A DNA stretch of 64,000 nt from an uncultured Nitrososphaerales archaeon. GTDB taxonomy: Archaea > Thermoproteota > Nitrososphaeria > Nitrososphaerales > Nitrososphaeraceae. The position numbers were made by a program, and so were the translations under genes. The notes below the pieces were generated by a model. It had not been told where the DNA came from. It searched no databases and saw nothing but the letters and a program-made list of their open reading frames with translations. Numbering within the stretch: the first letter of the stretch is position 1; every line of letters starts with the position of its first letter. The stretch lies in NCBI GenBank assembly GCA_963695855.1, contig CAVOHZ010000010.1:1376001-1440000 (forward strand), in the 5' to 3' direction. This document shows positions 19,057 to 30,266 of this stretch, piece by piece.

Positions 19057-20325
19057 TCACTCATTCAAAATTAGCTGAGCGGCGCGCTTTGCGCTTGCAA
19101 CTGACGCATTAGACAATAATCCCTCCTTGCCTACCCAGTCTCCTACTATGTACAAATTATCTGCAATCCTTGGATCAGGTCTTCCACATAATCCGCCGTC
19201 TGCAGCAGTAACAAGAGCATTAGATACCACCATGTTGGGCAGTGGTCTCTTCTTAACAAGTACCTGTCTCCATCCCGGCTGCAGCAAATCAAGGAACTCC
19301 TCTAACTCCGGCTGATCCTCTCTTGGTTTTGGTTCAATTGAAGTACCAAGATATTTTGCGACGTGGATTAATGCCCCACCCTCAGGAGCAAGCTTTGCAT
19401 AAGCAGAATGAACCGAAAAATATAATGGACGATCTACCCCCAAAGCAAACAATGTGTCTTTGTCTGGAAGGCTGCTAAGAGCAACATCCAAACATACCAA
19501 ACGTATTGGTTTTGCTTCTTTTGCTGCCTTTGACAGTACATCTGGTCTCTCATTGTCATCGAAAAGGCTGTAGGCATCATTTGGACCTGCTGCTATTACA
19601 ACTATCTTTGCTGATACTTCAGTTTTGTCAGACAGCAAAACTTGCCACCCGAAGGAATTAGTTCTTTTCACCCTTATTGCCTTTTTTCCCATGACAATTC
19701 TTGCATTTGCGTTTTTGGCTACTGTTAGTAGTCCGTCGACGAGTGTCTGCCAGCCTCCATCTAAATACATAACTCCTGCTCGACTACCCAGATAGATTTG
19801 GTGAAGTACTGGTCCTATGCTCTGAATGTCTGGATCGTTTGCATAAGTATTTAGTCTGAAAATCGTCTTAATTATTTCAGCATCGTTTATGTCGTGAATA
19901 TTTTTGTCTAGCCATTCCTGTTCTGTAACACTTTCTAATTGTGAAAAATCCATTTTGGTAGGTGAAATAAAGAACTGACTCCCATCACTCTTCCCAGATA
20001 GCCAACTGCTATAATCACCCGCAATTTCACGTTTCTTGCCACCACTTATTAAATAACCTTTCAATGCAGGAATGCCGCCAGTATAAGTTATGCCTATCTC
20101 CTTTAAAATTGAGTCATTTGCGTCAGTGAGATATAGTGCGTGCGGTCCTTGATTAAAGTAAAAACCGTCTATTTCTGCAGTCCTTGCACGACCTCCAATT
20201 TCTCTAGATGAATGTTCAAATAATGTTACTGCCTTTCCAGAACGTGCAAGGAGAGCAGCAGTGGTAAGACCTGCAAGACCTCCTCCAATAATTACGATAT
20301 CTAAACTATCGGCTTTATTTGACAT
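19057..20325 (-). CDS. FAD-dependent oxidoreductase (phytoene dehydrogenase-like/amine oxidase superfamily)
   Basis: GGGLAGL, GGRART, FNQGPH, YLDGGWQTL, VGDW; start moved to MSNKADS. Confidence 0.85.
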   Translation of the reverse strand: MSNKADSLDIVIIGGGLAGLTTAALLARSGKAVTLFEHSSREIGGRARTAEIDGFYFNQGPHALYLTDANDSILKEIGITYTGGIPALKGYLISGGKKREIAGDYSSWLSGKSDGSQFFISPTKMDFSQLESVTEQEWLDKNIHDINDAEIIKTIFRLNTYANDPDIQSIGPVLHQIYLGSRAGVMYLDGGWQTLVDGLLTVAKNANARIVMGKKAIRVKRTNSFGWQVLLSDKTEVSAKIVVIAAGPNDAYSLFDDNERPDVLSKAAKEAKPIRLVCLDVALSSLPDKDTLFALGVDRPLYFSVHSAYAKLAPEGGALIHVAKYLGTSIEPKPREDQPELEEFLDLLQPGWRQVLVKKRPLPNMVVSNALVTAADGGLCGRPDPRIADNLYIVGDWVGKEGLLSNASVASAKRAAQLILNE

Positions 20326-20600
20326 TATAATCCATATATCTAGAAGTATTGCTGTTAAATGTTTCTCTTCGAAGAAATAATGAACTTTAAGACATTTGAA
20401 TTTTTTTCTTTTCATCAATCTTCTCTTGAAAAGCATATTTCTATCAAATCAAATTTGGCTCCAATTCTTTTTAATTTCTTAAACAAGATCGATATAATGT
20501 CCTCAGAAACATCCTTCACTACTGTTCTCTAGTTGTAATAGTTCACACATACATCAAGTAGAACATATTTAGGTGTATGAAGATGGTTATCTCCTTAATT

Positions 20601-20719
20601 GGCTCTGTTAAGTTAACCAAAAATAATCAGGTAAATTGAAAAAATCAAATAAAATTGAGCGTAGAACATAATATAAAAGCAGAACATATCTAATATTTTA
20701 TTCTTAAGTTAATAGCACC
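20601..20719. mobile_element. IS6-type MITE
   Basis: Imperfect TIRs GGCTCTGTTAAGTTAA...TTAAGTTAATAGCACC; internal GAACATAATATAAAAG shared with the copy at 31945. Confidence 0.65.
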
Positions 20720-20960
20720 GTATATACAGTCTATGTTCAAAGAGAAAGTAAGGTTTATTGTATTAATTCTGAAATATTTTATTATCCTTTTATAGTATTA
20801 CATGAATTTTATCATGACATACGGGCAAAAGGTGGAATTGATAGAAGCTCAGAGAAATATGTTAATTTGTATGCAAAAAGTTTCATTGATTCCTATAATA
20901 AAATAGTTAGAAAAATAAGATCACAAAATAATAAACAGTAAAACAAATATTTACTAAAAA

Positions 20961-21155
20961 TTATTTAGATCTTTGGTGTTTAGACCAATATAATTTATTA
21001 TTTTGTCCACATTCTTTGCATTTATATAAAGTTTCTATATCGTCTCTATTAATTCTATTTTTATTTGGTTTTGTATGTGTTTCATTTGGTTTGACAGCAA
21101 TAAATTCAGCTCCACAATAAATACAACTAAAATACTTACCTGTATTAGATGGCAT
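20961..21155 (-). CDS. Small zinc-ribbon protein
   Basis: CIYCG and CKECG motifs in 64 aa. Confidence 0.7.
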   Translation of the reverse strand: MPSNTGKYFSCIYCGAEFIAVKPNETHTKPNKNRINRDDIETLYKCKECGQNNKLYWSKHQRSK

Positions 21156-21497
21156 GAGAAATTTATATCATCTTCTTTATCTAAATTTTATCCTTTAATT
21201 TTTAAAAAAAAGATATTCTATATTTGTATTATTGTTATTGATATTTTATTTGAACTTGCAAGATATCGAATATTGAAATTCTAAAATATGATAAAAATTT
21301 AGAAAGGTACTAAAAATAGGTCAAATTTGTTTCACATCCCACTGGCCCCATATTGTGTAAGGGATCAGTTGAATTAAAGTTTTATTATACAATATACAAA
21401 ATTGATATTTGAAAAAAATATCATTAATACATAATAAAAGTTTGTATTATCTCATTTATTAGAATAAAAATGTATTTTCACAATTCAAAGGGAATCT

Positions 21498-21527
21498 GTG
21501 GGATTTGAACCCTTCGATAAAGTGGGA
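21498..21527 (-). repeat. tRNA T-arm-like dispersed motif, copy 2
   Basis: Minus strand TCCCACTTTATCGAAGGGTTCAAATCCCAC. Confidence 0.65.
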
Positions 21528-21804
21528 CGAGTAATTTTTTGAATAATATAACTTTATTAAAGATTTGTTTAGTTTAATTAAAAAAGTAGTAGTTTTAATA
21601 ATTGATAATATTATATAAATCTATTAATTGATGGGAGGATTCAAATTCTAATTATAACATAATATGGTAACATAATATTTTAAGTTTAAGATTTGAGAGT
21701 CTAATGATTGATAATTAAGAAAATAATATTCAAGTCTATAAGAAAAAAATTAAGTTTTTGAAGTTATTCCACTACTTCGCTCATTAGAACATTCCTCTGC
21801 TTCA

Positions 21805-23208
21805 TTATTTGCGCAGTGATTTAAAGCCCGCGCGAACCTCTTCTGAAAAGAGTTGCGGCTGTTCCCATGCCGCAAAATGCCCGCCTTTGTCTAGTCTGTT
21901 ATAATGGATGAGTTTGGGATAAGCCCGCTCTGCCCAGCTTCGCGGGGCCTGATATAGCTCGTCAGGAAAGATGCTCACTGCAACGGGGATCAAGACGTTT
22001 TTGACGTCGAAAAAGGGTAACTTGTTTTCCCAATAGAGACGAGCCGAAGAAATCGCCGTGTTCGTCAACCAGTAGAGCGTGATGTTGTCTAGCACATCAT
22101 CTCGTGTAAGGCCTTCAGGTTGTCCGTCAAAGACGCGTGAGATAAGCTCCAAACTACGCGCGTCGTGGTCGAGTATCCAGGCGGCTAGGCCGACGGGTGA
22201 ATCCGCAATTCCGTATAGTGTCTGTGGGCGGTTCCCCATTTCGAGCGCATAGGCCACGCCTTTCGAAAAAAAGTATTTCAGCTGCTCGCACGCGAGTCTT
22301 TCGTCGGGTGAGAGATTGGATGGCAGCGAGCCTCCGGTCTGGATCGCCTTTGAAACGTCGGGTGGAACCGTGCCAGGCATGTTGGAGTGAATGCCGAGCA
22401 ATTCTGGGGGGGCTTGTACCCCCATCATATCAACGATAAGTGCACCCCAATCACCACCTTGCGCAACAAACTTCGTGTATCCAAGGCGCTTCATGAGCTC
22501 TACCCACGCACGTGCAATACGTACGGGGCCCCAGCCGGTAGTGGTCGGCTTGCCTGAGAACCCGTAGCCCGGCAATGAAGGAATCACCACATGGAAAGCA
22601 TCCGATGCGCTTGCGCCATGTGCCGTGGGGTTGGTCAGGGGATCGATGATCTTCAGCTGCTCGATGACCGAGCCGGGCCATCCGTGCGTGACGATAAGCG
22701 GCAACGCATTCTCATGTTTCGAACGAACATGGATGAAATGAATGTCGAGCCCATCGATCTTGGTAATGAACTGCGGCAGGGAGTTCAGTTTCGCTTCGAC
22801 CTTGCGCCAATCGTGTTCTGTCACCCAATAGCGCGCGAGTTTCTGCATTGTCGCGAGCTGTACGCCTTGCGACTGATCCGTCACCGTTTCCCGGTCAGGC
22901 CACTTTGTCGCGCTTATGCGCCTACGCAATTCGATAAGTTCCGCTTCCGGAACGTTCACTTGAAAAGAACGAATATCCGAGTTGTTGATTTTATTAATAT
23001 TATTACTTGTAATATTGCTGTTATTCATAACCCCAGGCAAAACTGGTGGTGCTGTTTCTTTTATTGCTGATGCTTCTCTAATAGTCTTAAGAATGTTCGA
23101 TGTACCAAAAACACCTAACCCAAGAGATAATGATCCTGCTCCCAAAAGTTTCAGAAATTCCCGCCTTGAAAACTGCTTATCTTTCAAACTGTCTTGATCA
23201 TCAGACAT
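21805..23208 (-). CDS. Epoxide hydrolase (EHN/microsomal type) with Tat signal peptide
   Basis: SRREFLK twin-arginine motif, HGWPGS, QGGDWG, GGHFAAWEQP. Confidence 0.92.
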   Translation of the reverse strand: MSDDQDSLKDKQFSRREFLKLLGAGSLSLGLGVFGTSNILKTIREASAIKETAPPVLPGVMNNSNITSNNINKINNSDIRSFQVNVPEAELIELRRRISATKWPDRETVTDQSQGVQLATMQKLARYWVTEHDWRKVEAKLNSLPQFITKIDGLDIHFIHVRSKHENALPLIVTHGWPGSVIEQLKIIDPLTNPTAHGASASDAFHVVIPSLPGYGFSGKPTTTGWGPVRIARAWVELMKRLGYTKFVAQGGDWGALIVDMMGVQAPPELLGIHSNMPGTVPPDVSKAIQTGGSLPSNLSPDERLACEQLKYFFSKGVAYALEMGNRPQTLYGIADSPVGLAAWILDHDARSLELISRVFDGQPEGLTRDDVLDNITLYWLTNTAISSARLYWENKLPFFDVKNVLIPVAVSIFPDELYQAPRSWAERAYPKLIHYNRLDKGGHFAAWEQPQLFSEEVRAGFKSLRK

Positions 23209-23378
23209 TCTTCATAATATAGTAACGCAAATATTAAAACTTATAATGTCTATATCAATAGACACATCAATTATGCTTAACTATAAAATAGCGATCTTCA
23301 TCAACTTTTAACGCTAAATATACTAATTTTTAATATTTAATAGATAAAAGTTATATATTTAGAATATGGTCCAAACCT

Positions 23379-23703
23379 ATGGATCTGTTTGCTAATATGT
23401 TAATGTTGATTCCAGGAGGTTACGAATGGATATTTATAATATTAATAATAGTAGTAATTATATTCGGTGCTAAGAAAATTCCTGAATTAGCTCGCTCATT
23501 TGGTAAAGCAACAAGTGAATTTGAGAAAGCACGTATACAAGCAAAAAAAGAAATTGATAAACTTCATGATGCAGATAGAGTAACTCTAGAAAAGTTAGAA
23601 TCAATTGCAGATACTTTAAGAATAGACTATAGGAAAAGATGATGAATCCTTAAAGAAGGATATAGATGCAGCAATAAAAAGAGATAAAGAATATGACATC
23701 TAA
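23379..23703 (+). CDS. tatA: Twin-arginine translocase TatA; C-terminal tail frameshifted (ORF as assembled ends at 23642)
   Basis: TM helix plus FGAKKIPELARSFGKATSEF; the tail GKDDESLKKDIDAAIK continues in another frame. Confidence 0.85.
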
Positions 23704-23787
23704 GTAACGTTTTGATACCTTGTTTAAGTAGAGAACTTTAATTATAATTTCAGGAACTACATCAAAATAATGATGTATTAGGTAATA

Positions 23788-24054
23788 AGAAATCTTTGGA
23801 ATAAGCCAATTCTGTATTTTTCCATAGATGATGAGAATTTTCCTTACAAGGGTGTAAAAGGCAAAGGCTCAGTAACTATAGTAGAAGATCCAAATAGAAC
23901 GGTTTCAGAAGGAGAGAAAATAAGCATGAAATATCTCGGTACACTAGATCATCCAATAGCAAAAATGATAACAGAGCATTCAAAGAAGGGAGAAAATGTA
24001 GTTATTGAAATCAGTCCAAAGTTCTTTTCTACTTGGGATTATGGTAAAGAGTAG
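23788..24054 (+). pseudogene. 5'-truncated PNPOx-like gene (paralog of 26532..27008)
   Basis: Reads LYFSIDDENFPYKGVKGKG...MKYLGTLDHP...IEISPKFFSTWDY with no start codon. Confidence 0.8.
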
Positions 24055-24184
24055 CCATGACTTTAAAGTAAGTTTGATATTTTCTTTTTTCTTTACTTCT
24101 TTCACATTGAATACTAATGAATATTTTATAGATTTATTAAACAATAGTTTGAAGAAAAGTTATGGTTATACTACTACTTATTCT

Positions 24185-24585
24185 TTAGTAGTTTTAAATA
24201 TTTTTTCTAATTCACTATAGAAACTCTTTATTTGCACCAGACTTTGACAGAGATGCTTGCCATTGTTTTGCTACTGTCTTAATAGTTAGATCTACTGTCT
24301 TAATAGTTAGATCTACTGCCTTGTCAATTGTACTTCCCCACTCTCTTTCAATCTGCTTTTTCAATTTCTCTACATGTACTTCTGTAAGTGCAGTAAAGAA
24401 TGATCTTTCTAAAAGTGATTTTGCTTCACCAATAGGGTCATCACTACAGCATGGACTACTATTACTTGTTTTATTAGTAGTCGTTTGACAATATTCATTT
24501 GCAACATTATTATTTCCTGAACTTCTTTGTGTCTCTACACATTCACAATTTGATTCACATTGATTTTATTACTAGATGATGACAA
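24185..24585 (-). pseudogene. Frameshifted hypothetical gene with an internal 21-bp tandem duplication
   Basis: Open frame CCSDDPIGEAKSLLERSFFTAL...VDLTIKTVDLTIKT; CTACTGTCTTAATAGTTAGAT occurs twice at 24271-24312. Confidence 0.5.
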
Positions 24586-24720
24586 CAACACGAGAAACGT
24601 CAATTTATGGTTGATGATACGAATTGCGAATGTTTTGGACGTTCGGCATGAATTCAGAATGCAAATAGAGCAAGAGATCCACAATTTCTGAGATTTGATA
24701 AAGTCAATCCTGCTATTTTT

Positions 24721-25737
24721 TTATTTTCCCGTGGTAAGTACAACTCGAAATCGGGCCCTACCACTCATCATTAGATCATAGGCCTCTGCCGCATGCTCTA
24801 GTGAAAACACTTCAGTCATTGGTCTGACACCAGAATGAACACTAAATGACAGAGTGTCTTGCGAATCAATTGATGTGCCAGAAGGCCAACCTATCAATGA
24901 TCGACGTCCTTGGATAAAAAGAAGAGGAGGCACTTCAATTGGCTCATCAGATGCTCCAATTATAACTAGTTTTCCATTGATTGCTAGACCTCCTAGAATT
25001 TCAGTCATTGCCTTACCGCTTGGGACAGTCGCAAGTATGACTTTGGCTCCTCCCAGATTAATAAGTTCTTGGGCAGCATTCTGCGAGCGGTTATCAATGT
25101 ATTGCCTTGCTCCCAACTTCTTCACCATTTCCTCTTCATCCTTTCCTCGTCCAATGGCAACAGTATTAAAACCCATCTTAGCGGCAAATTGAATTCCAAG
25201 ATGTCCAAGTCCTCCTATTCCAAGAATAGCAACTAAATCACCTACGCGTGCTCCGCTGTTTCTAAGAGCATTATACGTAGTAATACCAGCACACATAAGA
25301 GGTGCAGCTTCTATAGCTGAAAGCTGTTCAGGGATTAATGCTAGAGCTTCAGTAGGTGCAATCATATAGTCGGCATAGCCACCATCATAGGAAATACCAG
25401 GTATTTGCGCGTAGCGACAAGTAACGAAATCGCCGCGCCGACAGGATTCACAGTGTCCGCAATGACCCCCATGCCAGCCAACAGCTACTCTTTGTCCAGG
25501 CTTCCATTCATCGTTAGTACTGTCTTTGCCTACTTCGTCAATAACCCCTGCAATTTCATGGCCAGGAACCCTTGGATATTGGATGTCGGGGAATAAGCCT
25601 TCCTTAGTAAAGGAATCACTATGACATATGCCACAGGCCTGGACTTTGATTCGTACTTGACCCTTATTAGGCTCGGGAATATCTCGTTCTACTATTTCGA
25701 GTGGTCCTTTAGCCTTGGATACTTGTACTGAACGCAT
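24721..25737 (-). CDS. Zinc-dependent alcohol dehydrogenase
   Basis: CGICHSD, GHE, CGHCESC...C, GIGGLG. Confidence 0.95.
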   Translation of the reverse strand: MRSVQVSKAKGPLEIVERDIPEPNKGQVRIKVQACGICHSDSFTKEGLFPDIQYPRVPGHEIAGVIDEVGKDSTNDEWKPGQRVAVGWHGGHCGHCESCRRGDFVTCRYAQIPGISYDGGYADYMIAPTEALALIPEQLSAIEAAPLMCAGITTYNALRNSGARVGDLVAILGIGGLGHLGIQFAAKMGFNTVAIGRGKDEEEMVKKLGARQYIDNRSQNAAQELINLGGAKVILATVPSGKAMTEILGGLAINGKLVIIGASDEPIEVPPLLFIQGRRSLIGWPSGTSIDSQDTLSFSVHSGVRPMTEVFSLEHAAEAYDLMMSGRARFRVVLTTGK

Positions 25738-25880
25738 GTTCTTTTTTTATAGTTGTATCTATTTAGTATATCTCTTGTTTTCATGAAAAACCGATTGAAA
25801 AAGTTCTCAAGATTCATGCAGGCAAATCTATCATCAAAGAATTCTTAGCATTTCTTATCTTGCTTTATGATTATTTGTCA

Positions 25881-26025
25881 CTGATGCAGGCTGGAGTTCC
25901 AACTACTATAATTCGCTACCTTGGTACTATCCATGACTTTGCTAAATCCAATTACTGATACTCCTACAGCAAGAGATGCAATAGACCAGGCATCTCATAC
26001 ACTTAAACAAGTATTATCAAAATAG
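25881..26025 (+). pseudogene. 3' fragment of an HSL esterase paralog
   Basis: LMQAGVPTTIIRYLGTIHDF...DAIDQASHTLKQVLSK mirrors the C-terminus of 14926..15996. Confidence 0.8.
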
Positions 26026-26531
26026 AAATTAGCTATAACTTTTAATTATTAAAATATTTTGCTAATTATTTTCATAAATAAAGTCTTGAAATCCCATTTC
26101 ATCAAAAACCAGTATTATTAACTAATATATCAAACTCATTTATTTACGATAACCTATCAAATCTTGAGGTTGAATTTGTTATCTGATTGGAATTATCTCC
26201 AACGAACTTTATTGATACTACAAAGTGACCACATTATGATATTTTCTTTATAATCAAAAATATTAGTATATACAACCTAAACATATTCTCTTAGTATAAT
26301 TAAATTCAAAATAATCTTGTTAAATTAAAACATCATAGAAATTAATTGTTTCTTTCAATAGTAAAAATTATTAGATATAATGATTTCTTCTAAGATATTA
26401 TACTTTATATTCAAAAACTATCAACCATCAAAACAAATTAGGTTTTTTAAAACCTATTATTGAAACAAAAAAGAAATAGATAGAAAATTTCTTATTTTTA
26501 AATTTGGAAAAGGATAGCTCTATGAATAGTT

Positions 26532-27008
26532 CTATCTAGATACACTATAGTCCCAAGTTGAAAAGTACTTAGGATTAATTTCTATGATTACACTATCACC
26601 GTTTTTTACAAAGGACATTAACTTTTGTGCCATAGGATGTTGTGTACTTCCTAAATATTTTGTCATTATCTTTTCTGCAATTGGGATATTGTGATTTACA
26701 TCATCATGAATTCTAGAGATACCCCTTCCTTTGACGCCTTTGTATGGCGGATTGGGGTCATCTATGCAAAAATAAAGATTCTTATTTTTTCTTAAATTAT
26801 CTGTCTTTTTTGAGAGTTTGGAGGTTTCAACATATATTTTCTTATTTGCTGAATCAAAATAATACCATGTAGGATGAACATTTGGATATCGATTATCATC
26901 TATTGTGCCGAGATGGACGTTGAGTTTGCTAGAGGTCAAAAAATCATTTATTTCTTGCTCTGTTAGCGGTTTTCCAAATTCGGGACTTGCATTAATGATT
27001 TTTGTCAC
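26532..27008 (-). CDS. Pyridoxamine 5'-phosphate oxidase-like split-barrel protein
   Basis: LGTID..YPNVHPTWY, KTDNLRKN, YKGVKGRG, STWDY. Confidence 0.85.
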   Translation of the reverse strand: MTKIINASPEFGKPLTEQEINDFLTSSKLNVHLGTIDDNRYPNVHPTWYYFDSANKKIYVETSKLSKKTDNLRKNKNLYFCIDDPNPPYKGVKGRGISRIHDDVNHNIPIAEKIMTKYLGSTQHPMAQKLMSFVKNGDSVIIEINPKYFSTWDYSVSR

Positions 27009-27043
27009 GTTTATATCATGGTTATAATATAATATTAATTGTT

Positions 27044-28220
27044 ATAAGTCAAGTGTCATCATGAATGTCGTTACACCATCTTCCAAATCTCTTATCCAGA
27101 TATTCTGATATTGCATCTTTTTGTTCTTCTATATTGGTATAGAATCTATTTGCACACACATCTGATTTTATCTTCTGGTTTACTTTTCTCTCATTTGGAT
27201 TAAGGTATGGCGCCCTCTTTGGAAGGTGTATTACATACAGTGAGCCAGTCTTTTTTCTGTCCATTGATATATTTTTTTGTCATCTTGCTTAGGTGAAATG
27301 AAGCGTTATCCCATACCAGTACAATTCTTTTCCAACCATTATTTTTCATTACATGTATCTTGAGATTCTCTAAATGGTTTATAGCATTGGTGGAATTTGA
27401 TCTGTCATAGAAATCATACAACAGATTCTGTTCAGGCCATAGCATGGATATGTACATTGAGAATTTCTTTCTACTACCGTTATGCCTAATTTTTTGTTGT
27501 TCACCTTCAAAACTCATTGACTTTCTTATACATGGCTTCTGTGTTACTATAGTTTCATCTTCAAAGACCAACATCACTTTCTTTTTTTGAGAGCTGATGC
27601 TACTTGTTTGTAGTTCTTTATCTGTTTCTTTCCCTCTTCATAATCAGCTCCATGTTCAAGTTCAAGCTTGGGTCTCTTACATCTGATACCCATGTCCTTC
27701 AGTATCCTTTGAAGGTGTTTGAAACTGATTGGAATGTCAAGTTCTTCTGTAAGACACTTTGCCAGTGACCTCAGACTCCAGGTGTTTCTGATGTAACCAA
27801 AAATATTGGGATTGTTAAAAAGTACAGAAAGTATAGTCTCTCTATCCTCATCTGTTATACGGAATTTTGTACCACCTGGTTTCCTTATCTCCAATCCTTT
27901 TGTTCCTATCTGGAGATATGCCGATATCCATCTTTGAACTGACCTGATACTGACACCATGTTCCTTCCTTTGCTATATCTGCAAAAGTTCTACCGTTGCT
28001 CTTCTGAAGTATTGCCATTAATCTGCGATAATGCTTCTTGTCGGTACTATATTTCATCAACGACTTTAGACTGTTCTTCTGTCCTGTGGTGAGGTTGAGT
28101 TTGGTAGTAGAACCATGGTACATAGAATTATGATATTCAGGATACCTTAAGCTTTACCTATTCAATAATTTAGACCTGTTAGTTAAAAGGATATGACATT
28201 AACCAAGCCACTTGACTTAT
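27044..28220 (-). mobile_element. IS630-family element with a transposase broken over four ORFs
   Basis: TIR ATAAGTCAAGTG/CACTTGACTTAT; FEDET, WDNASFH, PYLNPNE; A6G slippery site at about 27580 plus further frameshifts. Confidence 0.88.
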
Positions 28221-28682
28221 TCTTTATTCGACAATAATTTAAGACTTATTTAGACTTGATATATGGTTATCAATAACATCATATACTATTTTAAAAATGT
28301 CTTTTTTTGATGTCAACTCTAAATTAAGAAATAAAGCTTGTTTTAAAAAAGCGAATGTGTTGACAATTATAGAAATAATCTTGAAAAATAATGGAAATCT
28401 TTTTTATGTGGTGGAAATTCTTTAGGAATTTCAAAACAACTGGAAACACGGATACAATATTTCTCGAAGCTAGACTTACTAACTAGAATATTAATAAACA
28501 TATATATGCAAATATTCATATTCAAAGTTCCACTATGACATCATCATCATATTCTAACCAAGCTAAAAAAGGTCAAAAATTTGAATCAATGATTATAAGT
28601 TTCATCATAAATTTATTCTAGATCTAAAGAATTAAACTAACATTTTTAAATTAACAATTTTATAATTAATTCATGTAAAAGA

Positions 28683-30041
28683 TTGAATATAAATAATTAT
28701 TCTTATCCTAGTTATTTGACATTTGGAATTGTTATTCCCTTAATTTTTATTCTTTGTAATTTAGTAAATAATGATTTGAATAATGCCTTTGCGGTTGAGA
28801 AAGAACCACCAATACTCTATGACCAAAACCTACAATTAACCCAACTTACAGATAAACTAGAATTTCCAACTGGTATAGATTTTCTAGGTGAAAATGATAT
28901 TTTAGTAATTGAAAAAAATACAGGCCAGGTTAAAAGAATAATTAATGGCGAAGTTTTGTATCAGCCAGTTTTGGATGTGAATGTTGCTTCAGAAAGCGAG
29001 CGTGGATTATTAGGAATAGCCATTTTAAATACAAACCCAGATACAGCTACTAATGATGAAGCTCAACAGAATTATCCAGATAATGTGATCAAAGTATTCT
29101 TATTTTATACAGAAACTAAGGATATTGATAATGGTGATATCTTAGGAAATAGACTATACAAATATGATTTCATTAATGAAAAATTAGTTAACCCAAAACT
29201 GCTATTAGATTTACCTTTTTTACCAGGACCATCACATAATGGAGGAGTTTTAGAGTTAGGGCCAGACAATATTTTGTACCTTATAGTAGGAGATGTTAAT
29301 CGTGAAGGCAATCCAGCGTACATGACTTTAGCCCAAAATATTGAAGATAGTAAAATACCTGATGGACGTGGCGGAGTACTGCGTCTGACAGTCGATGGGG
29401 ATCCAGTTATAGATGATTTTTCATCATTAGGAGATTCTGGCCTTTTAAATTTCTATTATGGATATGGAATAAGAAACAGTTTTGGTATTGGTCTTGATCC
29501 AGTTACTGGTATTTTGTGGGAGACAGAAAATGGATCTAACTATGGAGATGAAATTAATGTAATTTTCCCAGGGTTCAATGGCGGGTGGAGACAGGTTTTG
29601 GGATTATCTATAGAATATGAAAATTTCAAAAATAAAGCATTTGATAGAAGCAAGTTAATTCTTTTTGATGGAAAAGGAAAATATTATGATCCTGTATTTA
29701 CCTGGGCAGATACTGTCGCTCCAACAGCAATCACATTTATAAATTCAAAAATATTTGGTGAAGAATATAAAAATGATCTCTTGGTAGGTTCAGTAAAACA
29801 AGGACGAATATTTCTTTTTAATTTAAATGAAACTAGAACAGGATTAGATTTACCATCAGAACAATTAGTAGATAAAATGGCAGATGTTGATGAAGAATTA
29901 GAACCAGTTACTTTAGGAAGGAATTTTGGGACAATTACCGATATAGAAATAAATCCATATGATGGGAAAATTTATGTAGTTGATGGTCAGTCAAAAAAGG
30001 GTAAGATTTATCAAATACACCCTAATGAATTAAACCAGTAG
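28683..30041 (+). CDS. PQQ-dependent sugar dehydrogenase-like (GSDH) beta-propeller, exported
   Basis: ERGLLGIA, HNGG, YGIRNSFG, ETENG...DEIN; N-terminal signal. Confidence 0.88.
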   Translation: MNINNYSYPSYLTFGIVIPLIFILCNLVNNDLNNAFAVEKEPPILYDQNLQLTQLTDKLEFPTGIDFLGENDILVIEKNTGQVKRIINGEVLYQPVLDVNVASESERGLLGIAILNTNPDTATNDEAQQNYPDNVIKVFLFYTETKDIDNGDILGNRLYKYDFINEKLVNPKLLLDLPFLPGPSHNGGVLELGPDNILYLIVGDVNREGNPAYMTLAQNIEDSKIPDGRGGVLRLTVDGDPVIDDFSSLGDSGLLNFYYGYGIRNSFGIGLDPVTGILWETENGSNYGDEINVIFPGFNGGWRQVLGLSIEYENFKNKAFDRSKLILFDGKGKYYDPVFTWADTVAPTAITFINSKIFGEEYKNDLLVGSVKQGRIFLFNLNETRTGLDLPSEQLVDKMADVDEELEPVTLGRNFGTITDIEINPYDGKIYVVDGQSKKGKIYQIHPNELNQ

Positions 30042-30266
30042 AAAAAATAAATTAATTTTTTAATATTCTATTATTGACATTCACAACAAAATTGTAGGAA
30101 ATGGCACAGATCCAACTAATAATTTTTCATATTATCATACCACCATTTCGACAGGATTCTAAATAAGAAAAAGTGAAAGATTTATGTATATTTGAGATTG
30201 GTAAATAATGTTTCTGAAATATAGTCTCTTCCAACAAAAAAAAATAAATTTATTTTATTAAAAAAG

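Noticed and set aside
21329-21527. Complete tRNA genes at the GGTTCAAATCC-like motifs
   Set aside because: Only T-arm or 3' pieces are present, with no D arm, anticodon arm or paired acceptor stem.
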